The position numbers and the translations under genes are program-made. A stretch of 64,000 nt of DNA, from contig CATNEN010000038.1 of assembly GCA_950097015.1 (NCBI GenBank), positions 13,268,001 to 13,332,000 of the forward strand, read 5' to 3'. Source of the DNA: Macrostomum hystrix (taxonomy: Eukaryota > Animalia > Platyhelminthes). Under the pieces are notes generated by a model. It searched no databases and had not been told where the DNA came from. It saw only the letters and a program-made list of their open reading frames with translations. This document shows positions 49,324-61,970 of the stretch, piece by piece; positions within the stretch are counted from its first letter, which is position 1; each line of letters starts with the position of its first letter.

Positions 49324-50404
49324 CCAAAAGCTTGCAGAGAAATTTGCTTGACGATAAGTCGGTATGATTTTAGAATTCTTTATTATATACTCATTTTTGA
49401 ACGAGTTGATTCAATTTGATACGCTTTAACCTAACTTGAAATTTCCATGATCTCTCGATTGCTTACGTGTTGTGTCTGAATTCATCGGGTATTTAAAGTA
49501 GTGCTTTCTTTGCACCTGATTTTTTAAATAACATGCTTTGAACATGATTCGATTTGTGTAACATAAATATATAATCACACCATCTGACCGGTATTCCAGT
49601 CTTCAGCCTGAATCCTGAACCCATTTTTTCTTGTTAATGTTGTATTGCCGATCGCCAATTGAGAATCCTTTAAGCATTGCATCTCTTGACAGCTTTTTTA
49701 TTTCTTTAAATTAAAGCGCGTAATTTTGTAACTTAGATATGATTTACTTCGTACTGGTGTCCACCTTTTTTTCATTTGAATTTTGCACTATCCATGTACT
49801 CTGACTCTGACTTATATCTCTGCCTTGTATAGAGCTGTAAATATTTTAAAGCGGCATCAATCTGTAAAATTAATAAAAACTAGCCATTTATTTTTGCTTC
49901 TTCTAAACCATTCAGCTATGAAGTCTATTATACTTCTCTATAATATTATCTAGAATTTAATGAGAGGCCTAAATCTCTTTTTACTTTTTACTATTGTTGT
50001 AGTGAGACTGGAAGAGCTAATTGCATCGATTTGCCGAATTCCAGAAGTATCTTTATTTATTTTATAATTTTTTAAGTATTCACAAATCAAGTCATCAATT
50101 CTAATGCGCAGATGGGCAGATCCTCTGAGACCGATTTCATAAAGCACTGTAATTTAGCCCAGTTAGCAGAGGTGCTATCACAAACCTGAAATTTCGCTTC
50201 GTCGAAAACCCTTGCAGCTAAGCTTGGAAGGTTACTCGTAGTTCAAAGAGGCAAATGGCCGACTTCGGTAACAAGTTTGTACATTTCTTTGGTGCTAAAT
50301 GCTAGCGTACCGACTTGGCTAGCTTGTTCGTATGACGGAAACGTTGAACTAGTATCTTAGACTATTCTACGTACTTCCAACTAATAGGTGACTACTTGAT
50401 CGTA

Positions 50405-50943
50405 CAGGGGAAGACATTTCCCCCTGACAATTTTTTGCTGCACCCCGCAACGCAAGCACACGACACTCAAGAACATCGGCCAGCTTTTTGCGCATCTTCT
50501 GAAACAAGAATCAAGTCGCCAGCTCTTCAGACCGTCGAGATATTCAATGGTTCTGGCTGAAGATCCGATTTTCCCATAAGCGCAAGTTTATTTACAAACC
50601 TATACGCGTCTGAGTGCGGCCTTGCCAGGCCTTCAAAATTTATCAGCATGTCAACCGAATGTGCCTGCTTAATCTCCGTCTTCGGTGGTCACCTACATTT
50701 TACCTAGACAGACTGCTGGACCTTCGAGGCTACAATTACAGGTGGAACTAGGCCACTACGGACTTTTACCACAGACATACAGGCTGACCTGACGCTAATT
50801 TCTCTAATTTCACTGATCAAGCCTAAATATTAGGCACAGTCCACACAGGACACCCTCGTCTAGTCTGTGAACCAATCAGTCAGCAAACAACTCTTAGAAT
50901 TCAGGCGCTGCTAAAAAACTTTTCAGGGGAAATTTCTCCCCTG
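50405..50943. mobile_element. Possible old MITE with ~40-bp imperfect, internally palindromic TIRs
   Basis: Left end CAGGGGAAGACATTTCCCCCTGACAATTTTTTGCTGCACC. Reverse complement of right end CAGGGGAGAAATTTCCCCTGAAAAGTTTTTTAGCAGCGCC. No TSD seen. Confidence 0.4.
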
Positions 50944-51824
50944 AGACTGCTATAAAAATAGCAGCGGTAAAATGGCTTGCCCTATTGTTATAGATCACAT
51001 TTGAGAAATTGCTAAGTCAAAGTATGTTTTTCAATGTATGATTGACACTAACTTTAGTGTTGTTAAAGTATTGGCACAAATGCTATAGATGTTAACAACA
51101 CAAGTGTCACACAAGTTTGTGTCCTTTGCAAGCTAATTACGCAGTCGTAATTTCAGATGTCCGGACAACCAGACGTGTTAGATGCCAGACGTGACATTTA
51201 ACACCGATGCTGTCTTCCACCGCTGTTACAAATTGGCGAAAAATTCTGGTGCGCAACACAGTTAATTGATAACTATTAACAGTTCTATAACAGTTAACTA
51301 TTCGCAGTCGCAAAACATTAGCTTCGATTGACTCGCTGACGCTCCCATGCAATTTGGAAAATTTCAGGCGTCGGACCAATTTCTCCGTGTACAGCAGAAT
51401 CACTAGTACAATGGCAGATGGCACACGCAAGCTACCACTGTAATTCCGTAGTTGGATTAGAGTCATGTGATGTCTCATAGATTTGTCTTCAAGCGCAGAT
51501 TGACAATAGACTTTTAGCTTCATTTAGCCAGCCTTCTGAAAAATTTGCACAAAACGCGATTGCAACGTCCTGTGTTGTTTAGTAGTCCTTGGTAAAAGCC
51601 TTGGGACTCAGAAAGAACAGATTCGACACAAACTTGCGTGCATTGGCTGAGAACGAATCGCCTGGTCGGCGCTTCATATAAGTTCATTCAGAATGTCAGA
51701 TAATAGCCTAACAATACTGTGGCATCAAAATCGTTGAGACCACATATCAGTGATAGGCCGAATCAGTTTCTAAGCTGGTTTCAAATCGAATCCGCTGTGA
51801 AGAGAGGCAGGTGGTACCAAAACC

Positions 51825-52133
51825 ATGCTCTCAGACGTCATAGCATCGACAGTTGATGTAGTCAGGACAGTGACTGCAAGACTACTGACGCCTACTGGTG
51901 GCGGCTGCAGCAACCAGACGCTGGGAAAGACGTGCGCAACAACTCTGCGAGATGCTGGCCTCCAACGAGCTGAAATAGGTAGAATTACCGGTCACACGTC
52001 AGCTGCTCTGGAGGGCTATATTGACTGGGCGAGGGAAACAATTCGGACGGCCTCTAGAGTCGAATGCGTTGCAAGGCGGCAACATCGAGATCAGTTCATC
52101 AGTGCTTCTCTGCCGCTCCCAACAGGTTTATGA
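51825..52133 (+). pseudogene. Degenerate tyrosine recombinase C-terminus (Crypton-like relic)
   Basis: SNQTLGKTCATTLRDAGLQRAEIGRITGHTSAALEGY matches the box-II pattern NHSLR..AT.L..AG....I...TGH.S...L..Y, but the catalytic H-x-x-R is lost. Confidence 0.65.
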
Positions 52134-52477
52134 TTCCAACGAGTCCGATGAACACAGTATTCTAGTACTAAACAGCAGGAAAATAGAAAAGATCAGGTGG
52201 AGCTACAGGTGTAGCACCGGCGGGACACAATGCCTGTGTGGTATGAGTCAGACCAGGCCTACGGGCTAAGGTCTGCGATGCCTCACACCTGCAGTCGTTT
52301 TTTGAGCAGGCCTGGCAGGAAGGAGCCCTGTACCTCCGGGTGCAGGGATCCCTCCACGCTGTCCCGTCAGCTGACCCATGGGTACACGTCCCGCGAGTGT
52401 TCAAGGCTGACCCTAGGGCAGCCGGACAGAATGGGCAACAGCGCTGGATGACCCATCCAGGGCCTCCGGCCAAACTG

Positions 52478-53037
52478 GGTACCTCTAGCCCTGGCTGGAG
52501 GGAAAGGTGTCACCCTTTGACCTTAACAGGGTATGCGGCGAGTCCGCAGCTTTCGTGCACCTGTGCGTGATCAGGTACCTCTGGCTACGGCTCTGAGGGA
52601 GAGGTGTTACCCTTTGACCTTGACAGGGTATGCGGCCAGTCCGCAGCGTCTCGCGCACCTGTGCGTGATCAGGTACCTCTGGCTACGGCTCTGAGGGAAA
52701 GGTGTCACCCTTTGACCTTAACAGGGTATGCGGCCAGTCCGCAGCGTCTCGCGCACCTGTGCGTGATCAGGTACCTCTGGCCAGGGCTCTGAGGGAAAGG
52801 TGTCACCCTTTGACCTTAACAGGGTATGCGGCCAGTCCGCAGCGTCTCGCGCACCTGTGCGTGATCAGGTACCTCTGGCTACGGCTCTGAGGGAAAGGTG
52901 TCACCCTTTGACCTTAACAGGGTATGCGGCCAGTCCGCAGCGTCTCGTGCACCTGTGCGTGATCAGGTACCTCTGGCTACGGCTCTGAGGGAAGGGTGTC
53001 ACCCTTTGACCTTAACAGGGTACGCAGCCAGTCTGCG
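52478..53037 (+). repeat. 98-bp tandem monomers (~5.7 copies) in the LINE 5' UTR
   Basis: GGTACCTCT recurs at 52478, 52574, 52672, 52770, 52868 and 52966. Confidence 0.95.
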
Positions 53038-53170
53038 GGCCTGGCACTGCTTTAGGTGTCCTCTTATGCCTAAGGTCTCACCGCGCTGAGGGGCTGAAAG
53101 GTCCGGGGAGTCTATCCGGCCATTAGCGGTTTTTATTTTTATTCTCTTCTTTCTCTTTTTCCAGCGACCT

Positions 53171-54658
53171 ATGGAGTCCCACTACAGCTCCAGCACGTCC
53201 CAGGACCCTGCTGAAACGCCGACCCCGGCCGGCGACGCAGATCCTCAGGACCAGCGCCAGGGCGACACCGGTTCCACCGACGCCCAAAATTCATCCTGCT
53301 CCTCCGCCACTCAGGAAAACACCAGAGCGGCTGGATCAAAGAGCAAACGCTCCCCTTCCACGCAAGCCCGCAGCCTCGCCCGCCTCCAGGAATTCCGGCG
53401 GCGAAAACAGGAAGTACGGTTGGCTGCGAAATCCACGCCAACCACCGCCTCCGAGGAGGGGGCCGGCAACTCTGCGAACATCGCGGAGGAACCGGCACCC
53501 AACAAGGAGGTGGACTCCTCGCGCCGTCCGGGAAACCCGGAAGCGCGGAAAAGTGCCGCCCAGGCCTCTGGGGCATCCGGTTCCTCTCGCGGCGGAACCT
53601 CTCACAGTCATCCGGAAACTCCGACGACTGCTGGGGGGCCCGTTGCGGGAGGCGCCGGCCAAACCACAAGGCCAAAGCGCACTTACGCTGCTATGGCAAA
53701 GAGGCAGCCGGCCTTGGTTATCCGAGGCCAGGAGACGCCCCTCGCAACAGCGCAACTCGACCAGATCTGGCGCAGATTGGACTCCCATCTGGTCAAACTG
53801 GCACTGAGCGGCACTGTACTGCACGTCCTGAAGACCGACATCCAGGACCAAGCCCTCATTGTCCAGCCTGCCGACAACCAGTCCGGACAGCAACTCCTCG
53901 AGATGCTGAAATCCTTCGACTGGGGCACGGAAATGGGCAACCTGTCTATCTACAGGGAGGACGAGCGCCCCCAGACACACCGTCATCGTGTTTGGATTCC
54001 AGCTCGCAGCGCCATCACCAACGCCGGAGAACTGCGCCGCCTGCTGTTGGCAATCCACCCGGATCTGCCAGCAAACGGTGTCGTGGTTCATGAAACCATC
54101 ACCAGACCTGGTGGAGACGGTTTCACGGCCATCCTAGGACTGTCGGACAGCTGGATGCTCCGCTGCCCAGACATGTCCTACATCAGTGCAGGCCTCACTC
54201 GAATGCAGATTTTCAGCTTCGAGTCCGACGCCACTCGCCCGCCGCCCCCGGAAAAGCGGAAACGGACGAACCAGAGCTCTGCCGGGCCCCTGCGCCCTGG
54301 AACACAGACTCTTGATCGTCACGACCACTCCGAGGATGCGGACCCTATCAGGGGCAAAGCCGCGCGAGCCGCAACGACAGGCGGACGTGGTAGGGGCCGG
54401 AAACCCGCCCGCAACACCATCCGTGCTGGCTTGACTCAGCGCGCCAGACAGCTGTCGGACCCCAACAGTGGACGCCACCGCAGCACCACCCGGCCCAATG
54501 TTTCATCGGAACCCCCAGCGGAAAAACGGGCTGAGGACACGGACGCCGCTGTTGCGGCAGCCCCGGCCTCAGCTCTGGATCCGATTCAGGAGGAACCGAT
54601 GGAGCTCGGGCAAAACACCGGCGAGGACGAGGAATCGCTCCTGAACAACTCGCCGTAG
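53171..54658 (+). CDS. LINE ORF1 (gag-like nucleic-acid-binding protein)
   Basis: 495-aa ORF upstream of ORF2, with basic disordered ends, a TYAAMAK motif and a central folded region. Confidence 0.85.
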   Translation: MESHYSSSTSQDPAETPTPAGDADPQDQRQGDTGSTDAQNSSCSSATQENTRAAGSKSKRSPSTQARSLARLQEFRRRKQEVRLAAKSTPTTASEEGAGNSANIAEEPAPNKEVDSSRRPGNPEARKSAAQASGASGSSRGGTSHSHPETPTTAGGPVAGGAGQTTRPKRTYAAMAKRQPALVIRGQETPLATAQLDQIWRRLDSHLVKLALSGTVLHVLKTDIQDQALIVQPADNQSGQQLLEMLKSFDWGTEMGNLSIYREDERPQTHRHRVWIPARSAITNAGELRRLLLAIHPDLPANGVVVHETITRPGGDGFTAILGLSDSWMLRCPDMSYISAGLTRMQIFSFESDATRPPPPEKRKRTNQSSAGPLRPGTQTLDRHDHSEDADPIRGKAARAATTGGRGRGRKPARNTIRAGLTQRARQLSDPNSGRHRSTTRPNVSSEPPAEKRAEDTDAAVAAAPASALDPIQEEPMELGQNTGEDEESLLNNSP

Positions 54659-54693
54659 GCCAGCAGATAGCCGCACGGACCGCCCCTCCTGGG

Positions 54694-57600
54694 GTGAGCT
54701 TCCTGCAGCTGAACCTGCACCACTGCATCGCGGCCTCGACCAACCTGGCGCGTGTGGTGGACTTCGAAAAACCGGGCATCATCCTCCTCCAAGAGCCCTG
54801 GACGAAGAAAGGTAAGATTCCGAACATTCCTGCTGGTTTTGACTGTTTTTTCATGCCCCAAAACCCCAGGGCTGCTGTGTTTGCGACTACCGATCTTAAA
54901 GCTTGGTATAGACCAGACCTCTCTGACAAAGACCTCTGTGTCATCCAAACCAACCACATTCTCCCGAACCGCACCGTCATCATCGCCTCTATATACATTC
55001 CTGGTGACGGTCCTGCGGTTCCGCCCAGTCTCACTTCCCTCGTGGACTACTGCTCAGACCGCGACTTTGAGCTGCTGGTGGCAGGCGACATAAATGCCCA
55101 CCACACCCACTGGGGCAGTGTTACCTCCAACTGCAGAGGCGAGGATCTCCTTGCCTACATCTGCACCACCAATATTAAGTTCTGCAACTCGGGTGGCACA
55201 CCCACCTTTGACAATGGGCGATGGACGGAGGTCCTTGACGCCACTCAGGGCCTGATCCCTCTGATTAGGAACTGGCAGGTGTGGGACGAAGAGGAATCTC
55301 TGTCTGACCATCGCTTCATTCGTTTCCGGTTGCAAAGCTCCTACTCCAAGCCTGGTATTCTGTGGAAAAGGAACGCCCGGAATACTGACTGGACGGCCTT
55401 TGCGGAATCCGTGAAGCGCCAGACCAACCAGTTAGAATCCGTTGTTCCTGCCACCTGTCAAGAAGTGGACGATCTGGCTGATCTACTCAGCATGACCATC
55501 TTGACAGCTCATGAAACCTCTTGCCCTCTTAAAGCCTACAAAGGCAAAAAATCCGCTCCCTGGTGAAACCCAGCGCTTGGAACCCTCCAGCGAAAGGCCA
55601 AATCCCTCCAGCGGATTGCGCGGAAAAGCAAGTACCCAGCTGACCTGACCGCCTACCAGAATGCGATTCGTGACTTTAAGCGTGACACCAGGAAAGCGAA
55701 GTCCGAAAAGTGGCGCCAATACTGCTCCGAGCTGGAGGGCGCCCGCCCAACTTCTCGCGTTGTAAAAGCGCTCACTCTTGACAAAATGTCGAAGCTCTCA
55801 GTGATCAAAAGACCGGACGGCCGGCTTGCTGAGAATCCTGGCGAATCGCTGGACATCATGCTCGCCAGCGCCTTCCCCCAGACTGCGCCGCATCAGGACC
55901 CGCCGGACCACACTCCGGGTGAACACATCCTTGCGACAACTATTATCACTAGAGAACGGACAGCTCGCGCTGCAAACTCCTTCTCGCCTTTTAAGTCGCC
56001 TGGACCTGACAACATTTACCCCGCCTTCCTACATGAAGCGGTAAAAAATGACAGGTTCCTCGGCCTCCTTTGCAACCTGTTCAAGGCCTGTATCACCCTC
56101 GGGTACGTACCCAGGTCTTGGCAGGAAGCCACTATCGTCTTCATCCCCAAACCTGGGAAGGGAGACTACCACTCCGCCAAAGCCTTCCGCCCCATCAGCT
56201 TAACATCTTTCTTTCTTAAGCTGCTTGAAAGGCTTGTTCTTTGGCGCCTCCTTCACGTTGAGCTGAGGAACTCCCCGCTCTCCGCCAACCAGCACGCCTT
56301 TCGATCCGGACGTTCCATCGAAAGTGCTCTACATGCCATTGTCGACAAGCTTGAGCGCGCCGTGCTTGGCACCGGTTTTGCTCTCTCGCTTTTCCTCGAC
56401 ATTGATGGTGCCTTCGACAATGTGCTCTTCGGAGCCTTTAGGCGAGCCCTGGAACGCCGGGCTACGCACGAGCACCTCACCCGCTGGATCATGTATATGA
56501 TCTCTCACCGAACTGCCACCTCGCACCTGCTTGGACACTCCCGTTCTGTGAATGTCCAGAAGGGAGGCCCGCAGGGTGGCGTTCTCAGTCCGATCCTTTG
56601 GAACCTTGTCATGGACGAACTGCTCTGCAGCCCTGACCCGGACCCGGTCCAAAAAATCGGCTATGCTGACGACGTCACCGCCACCGTGGCCGGACCGTCT
56701 TCCCCGGTCCTTAGAGACCTTTTGCAAGCTTTCATCCACCGTGCCGAGCGCTGGGCCAATGGCTGCGGCCTCAAACTCTCTGAGTCCAAGACCGTCGCCA
56801 TTATGTTCACCAGCAAACGAAACTGGAGGATTGAGCCTCTCCTTCTCTATGACAAACCAATCGCCATGGAGAAGCAAACCAGATGCTTAGGTGTCATCCT
56901 CGACGACAGGTTGAGCTGGACACCTCACGTCAAATTCAAAACCCGTAAAGCTCTTGCGACGCTCGCGCAGATTCGCAGAGCCTTCGGCACCACCTGGGGC
57001 CTCACCCCCCGCCGTCTCTGGTGGATTTACACTACCATTGTAAGACCGGCCATCTCTTTTGCCGGCTTCATCTGGAATAGTGCCCTGGAGACCAAAGGGG
57101 TCCTGGAGGCCCTAAACAAGGTGCAGGGCCGTGCTTGTCGAGCCATCATGAGTGCGGCACCCTCCACTCCCTTCGCTGGCATGAATGCCTTCCTGGACCT
57201 TCCCCCTTTAGATCTTTTTATCAAGGGGGAGGCGATGAAGACGGCTCGTCGTCTTCTGGACGCGGGTATCTCCATCCGGAAGCAACTTGCCTTCAGCAAG
57301 CGGAACCTCCAGCCCCATGGCGACCTCAGCCTACGGGACCTGGACGCAGCAGGAGGTCTCAAAATTCTCTCCGACGGAATCCCGTCGACGATGTGCCCAC
57401 CGCAAAAATTCAAAACCAGCATTCCGCCTCGCCAGGAAGTACGTGACCACGGCCAACCCCGTGAAATTCACTGCTTCACCGACGGATCGCAAATCAACTC
57501 GGTCTCTGGTTTCGGCTACTGCATTATGTCCGGAGGGAAAACTGTGGCGACCTTCTCCCAGCACACCGGCATAAACTCTACTGTTTTCCAGAACGAAGTT

Positions 57601-58389
57601 CTCGCCATCAGCTCCTGCGCCCTGGAGCTGATCAACCAAAACGTCCATGGAGCAGAAATCTTCCTCCACTCGGACAGCCAGGCGGCGATCCATGCCCTTG
57701 GACGCACGCACACCTGCTCGCGCACAGTCCTCGACTGCGTCGCGCAACTCAACCGCTTAGGGACCCACAACAAGGTGTCCCTAAGGTGGATTCCAGGGCA
57801 CTCTGGCCACCCTGGTAACGAATTGGCCGACAGCCTCGCCAAGGCCGGTTCGACGGGCTCGCTTTTTGGCCCCGTGCCTGCGGTCTCCACCTCTACCGCC
57901 GTCGTCAACACTCGGATTAACCAGTGGGTGACCTCAAAGCAAAAGGACAGATGGATCAATACCGCCGATTGTCGGCAGTCTCGCGCTGCTGTCCCTTGTC
58001 CCTCCACTGCCCTTCGCAAAGCCTTGCTTGGACTGAACCGCAAGGACATCAGGGCAGTCACCATGGCCCTCTCTGGCCATGGCTGTTTCGCCAGGCACCG
58101 CTTCCTGCAAGGCAAAATCCGCAGTGAGGAATGCCCCTTCTGCCTCTCCTATGTCGAGGATGCAGAGCATTTTATTTGCGACTGCCCCGCCTTCACTCAG
58201 GACCGGCTCACCTATCTCGGCCCAAACCCGGATCTCCCCGACGTTTTCAGGCCTGAGAACATCTGCCAGCTCGTCCGATACCTGAGGGCCACCGGGCGAG
58301 CAACCCTCCACCTCCTGGACACTCCGGAGGAGGACCGCGCTGCGGACGCCGGCACCACCGGATCCCCCTGCGCGACACCGCAGCTCTAG
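54694..58389 (+). pseudogene. LINE ORF2 (AP endonuclease, RT, RNase H, CCHC finger) with one in-frame nonsense codon at 55564-55566
   Basis: LQLNL, LLQEPW, GDINAHH, SDH; [28 protein letters not shown]; FTDGS, SDSQAA, WIPGH..GNELAD; CPFC..H..C. The frame is the same on both sides of PW-TGA-N (expected PWWN). Confidence 0.92.
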
Positions 58390-59102
58390 TTGCCCGTGGT
58401 CGCCAGGGGCTAGCGGAATGGGCGGCAACGCCTCCCCGCTGCATCCGGAAGATGCCCCCTGCAGCTAAGTCAAGTAAGTCAAGTACAGGTGTAGCAAGAA
58501 AAATATCAGAGAGGGATTGCACGGGTGGAGATTGATGATGAAAAGATGTAGTTTTTTTATTGTTGCTGGATGAAAGCTGAGTAAATTCAATCTGTTATCT
58601 GTCATTATCCAGATAATGGGTGGTCCTGATTCTTTGGAACCATTATATGCATAAGGGTCCTGGAATGTTTGATACAGGCCATAGACAATTCTGGTTTCTT
58701 GAAAAAAGCGGCCACCAATATTCGAGATTTTTTTGGCATTTGGAGTTAATAAAGGCAGGGACTTCTATATAATATAATAGCATCTGGACTGGAAGCGAAG
58801 AAATACCCATTACCTCATGAGGCCAGTTTTCCCCTGCTTTCTATGGAATCTGTCAAACTGGGAAATGCAAGATCGGAAATTCAAATATCGGAAATCCAGA
58901 TATGTATAATGTTTGCTGGCTAGTTCCTTTCTTCAGATTATTTATTTATGTTTACCAATTGAAGCAACAACGCAAATTCAAATGGATTAACGCATATGCA
59001 GGTGTGCTTCAAACAATCGGTAACAAACAAAACACGTAGACAATGGTAACGTAGAACTTGCAGAAGAGTGTTCACAGAGGTCATATTGTCATCAAATAAA
59101 AG

Positions 59103-60684
59103 TTACTTGTCTGTACTTGCACTGGAAAGTTTGGCCGACTTTCGCTTACTTCGAGCCCCAGCTCCACCAACCGAAACGTCCTTGACTAGATTTTTCATCC
59201 TGCAGTTGAAAAATGCACAGACGATTCCTTCTTTCACATCATGGTCACCCGTGCACATCGTCTGACCCATGAAATGTTCCAGATAGTTGCTGTCATCCAT
59301 CATCTCATCGACAATGTGACAGAATGGATGTGCACGGGATCGATCAATGAAGATAGGCTGCCCTGTGACCTTGTCAGTAATTGACTCCTTCAAGTCTCCA
59401 TCGCACAGAAAATCGGCGACGAACTTTCTGTTAACTGGTGCATTATCAACGGATATTGAAATGACGGAGAACTGCAGGCTGCGCAGCAAATCCATGACAT
59501 CCTGGAACCAGTGGCCACCACAGTACTCAATTCGATTGGCCACATAGATCTCATCAATGATCAGCACCACAACTCGCTCCATCTGTGTCAGCTTGGACGC
59601 TCGCAGCCGAAGGTAACTCTGAGAATCCAATCCATCCTTTCCGATTCTCCGCGTGACTGATCGCATAGTTCGCTCTGATGGCAGGCAGAGAATCTCTTGC
59701 TCACGTAGAAGCCCGTAAGCTGCAGCACTTACTGAATAAATCATGTAGCACAAGACCATCAGCCGTTGAGAGTATATCCTCGAGGTCTTTGGCTCACAGC
59801 TCAACTGCAGCTGCTCTCGAATAAAAGTCACCGACCTTCTTCCTTTTGCTCTAGAGCACTTGTCAGATTGTTGTGGGCCATGTCCATGAAGTGAGCGAAA
59901 TGCTTCTCAACAACAGCATCAGGCAACATCTGCTGCTCAACGCGTTCAAGACCTTCTTTCAAATTCTTGACTCGAGCCATCAAATTCACAACTTTACTGA
60001 TGGTAGAAACTTTTCCATCCGTGCTGACCAATTTTACCACCTGGTCTTGTAACAGTGGTGTGCCATTCAGACCAACGGAGACTTTGCGATTCGATCCAAT
60101 GCAGATGGAGCACGCAACCTGGCAGGCATGCTTTACCTCCAGCACGAAGATGCATAGGAACTCGTTGCAAATTGCAGTTTGAAAGCCATCTGGTCTCGTT
60201 TCCTCTGATTCGAGCAATTCTTGAATTTCTCGATCGTGGCGAGCAACTGAGAATTGAATCGTTGGCAAAGAAGTCGGTGATTTGATCATCGAGACGCATG
60301 TTTTCAGCCTCGAGACGCGCAGATGATGTCGCAGAGCATGTGCTCCGAGCTGCTTGTCGGACAGTAGAAAGTTAAGCAGGTGTATTAGGAAAGATAGTTG
60401 GCACCGCATCTTGCCTCAGATAACGCTTGGTCAGCTGGCCTTTCTTCTCTCTGCGAGTGATATTGCTATCTCGAGTTGTTTCGACGAAGTCCTCAGTGGT
60501 GAAATGAAGCGAGCAGATACGAGAATACTTGGTGGGCTGAAACGCCTTCCTCGGATTTGCTTTATTCCAATTTTTTCAATAGACTCGGGTTGTTGATTGG
60601 ATAGCAATGAAATGTCACAGTACCTGGTGTTGAACTATTAGCGAAGCCGCTCTTGCAACCGAATGCGGAACACTTGTTCACCAT
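59103..60684 (-). pseudogene. THAP-domain / P-element-like (THAP9-type) transposase relic
   Basis: ATG at 60684 gives MVNKCSAFGC...TFHCYP (THAP start). The core contains AYGLLRE..LCLPSERTMR, VLIIDEIYV and ISVDNAPVNRK. It is broken by frameshifts and deletions. Confidence 0.8.
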
Positions 60685-60855
60685 AGTAAAGGATATACTT
60701 TTATGGCGCAGAAATCCTTGGCAAAGAAAACTGAGGAAACTGCGTTGAGTATGAAACGAAACAACTAGGCTAGTAATGAAGTCGGTGACTTATTACGGGA
60801 TGAGTGAGCCGTGATGCATATCAAAGTACTGATAAAGACTTATTAAGACTCTGAC

Positions 60856-61970
60856 TAGGGATGCCAACCCCGGGGACGGCCCCCGGGGACCCCGAATGAA
60901 GGTCCGGGGTTTTGTCCCTGGGGTTTTGTCCGGGGATCCCCGGATAGAATTTTTTTAAACGTCTTTAGTAATACGTCTTTAGTAATTTCGTATTAGTAAA
61001 ACGAAATATATGGCTAGAAAAGCGTGGCTAGAAAGCCACGCAAGTGGCTTCTAGTGAGGCGCAGCAATTGCCTCCCGAATCTTCCAATGATGCTGCTGAA
61101 CCACTCAGTATGGAGGCCCGCCTAGAAGCCTTCCTAAAGAAGACAAGTGATAGCGCCGCAGAGCAGTCACCTGTTCATTCGTTGGAGAACACAATTGGCA
61201 AGGAGTTCGAATTTTTAAGAACTACCGGCCAACGAGCATCAAATCTACAGCTGCTCTACCAAGCACTTCTGTCAATCCCAGCAAGCAGCGTTGAATCAGA
61301 GCGGGCCTTCTCTGCAGCAGGCCTTCTTCTCACTAAGTTCCGGTCTCGTCTAGGAGAAAAAACTTTGTGTCGACTGGCCCTGCTTCGCGCACACTTCAAG
61401 CTGGAGACCTAAAGCATTTAAAGCGTTTACTTATGTAATGTTTAGTAACTCTGCATCTGTAGTCTGTACTAATCCTATTTTCTAGAGCATTTCTTCAAAT
61501 TTTACAGCATTTTCTGCGCCGTAGAAACATGTAGCTTATATAGAAATTTAGGAAGTGGAAAACTGTTGTATATTGTCATTTTGCTTTGAACTTTGAACTG
61601 ACATAATATTATCATTTTTTTAAATATTCAATCAGTTTCATGCCAGCGGTCACAAACCACAGACAACCAAAATCACAATCACACGTAACGTGATACGACA
61701 TAAATCTGCAATAAGAAGTATATTTTAAACAAAATGAACTAGTAATTTAGTATATTAGAAGACGTTCTTCAGTACATACAGATAAACTATGAATGTATTA
61801 TATGTGAAAATGCGAAAAAAACATAGCAAAAGTACATTTTTTAAACCACATTTGCGGTTTTTTGTCTTTTAAGCACTTCCTTTAACCTGTCCCCCCGGGG
61901 ACCCCGGGGAAAACGTCGAAAATTCCCCGTCTCCCCGGGGTTTTAAAAGTCCGGGGAATTGGCATCCCTA
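60856..61970 (+). mobile_element. Non-autonomous hAT (Ac/Ds-like) element, 1115 bp
   Basis: Perfect TIRs TAGGGATGCCAA / TTGGCATCCCTA; perfect 8-bp TSD ACTCTGAC (60848-60855, 61971-61978); subterminal CCGGGG repeats. Confidence 0.95.
61044..61412 (+). pseudogene. hAT transposase C-terminal dimerisation domain fragment
   Basis: LLSIPASSVESERAFSAAGLLLTKFRSRL is the hATC signature. Confidence 0.9.

Larger units (their letters stand above)
52217..58483 (+). mobile_element. Full-length non-LTR retrotransposon (APE-RT-RNase H; Loa/R1/I-group-like), 6267 bp
   Basis: 13-bp TSD TACAGGTGTAGCA (52204-52216, 58484-58496); 3' tail (TAAGTCAAG)2; ORF1 and ORF2. Confidence 0.93.

Noticed and set aside
52217-53040. 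HDV-like or hammerhead ribozyme at the LINE 5' end
   Set aside because: GGCTAAGG resembles an HDV J4/2 strand, but I could not build P1/P3/P1.1 around it. CTGAGGGAAA lacks a proper CUGANGA-stem-GAAA core. A covariance search would be needed to exclude it fully.
55564-55566. Selenocysteine or programmed readthrough TGA in LINE ORF2
   Set aside because: It falls at a conserved Trp (PWWN), so a TGG-to-TGA mutation is the simpler explanation.
53169-58522. Many antisense and alternative-frame ORFs over the LINE
   Set aside because: They are shadows of GC-rich coding sequence with no motifs.
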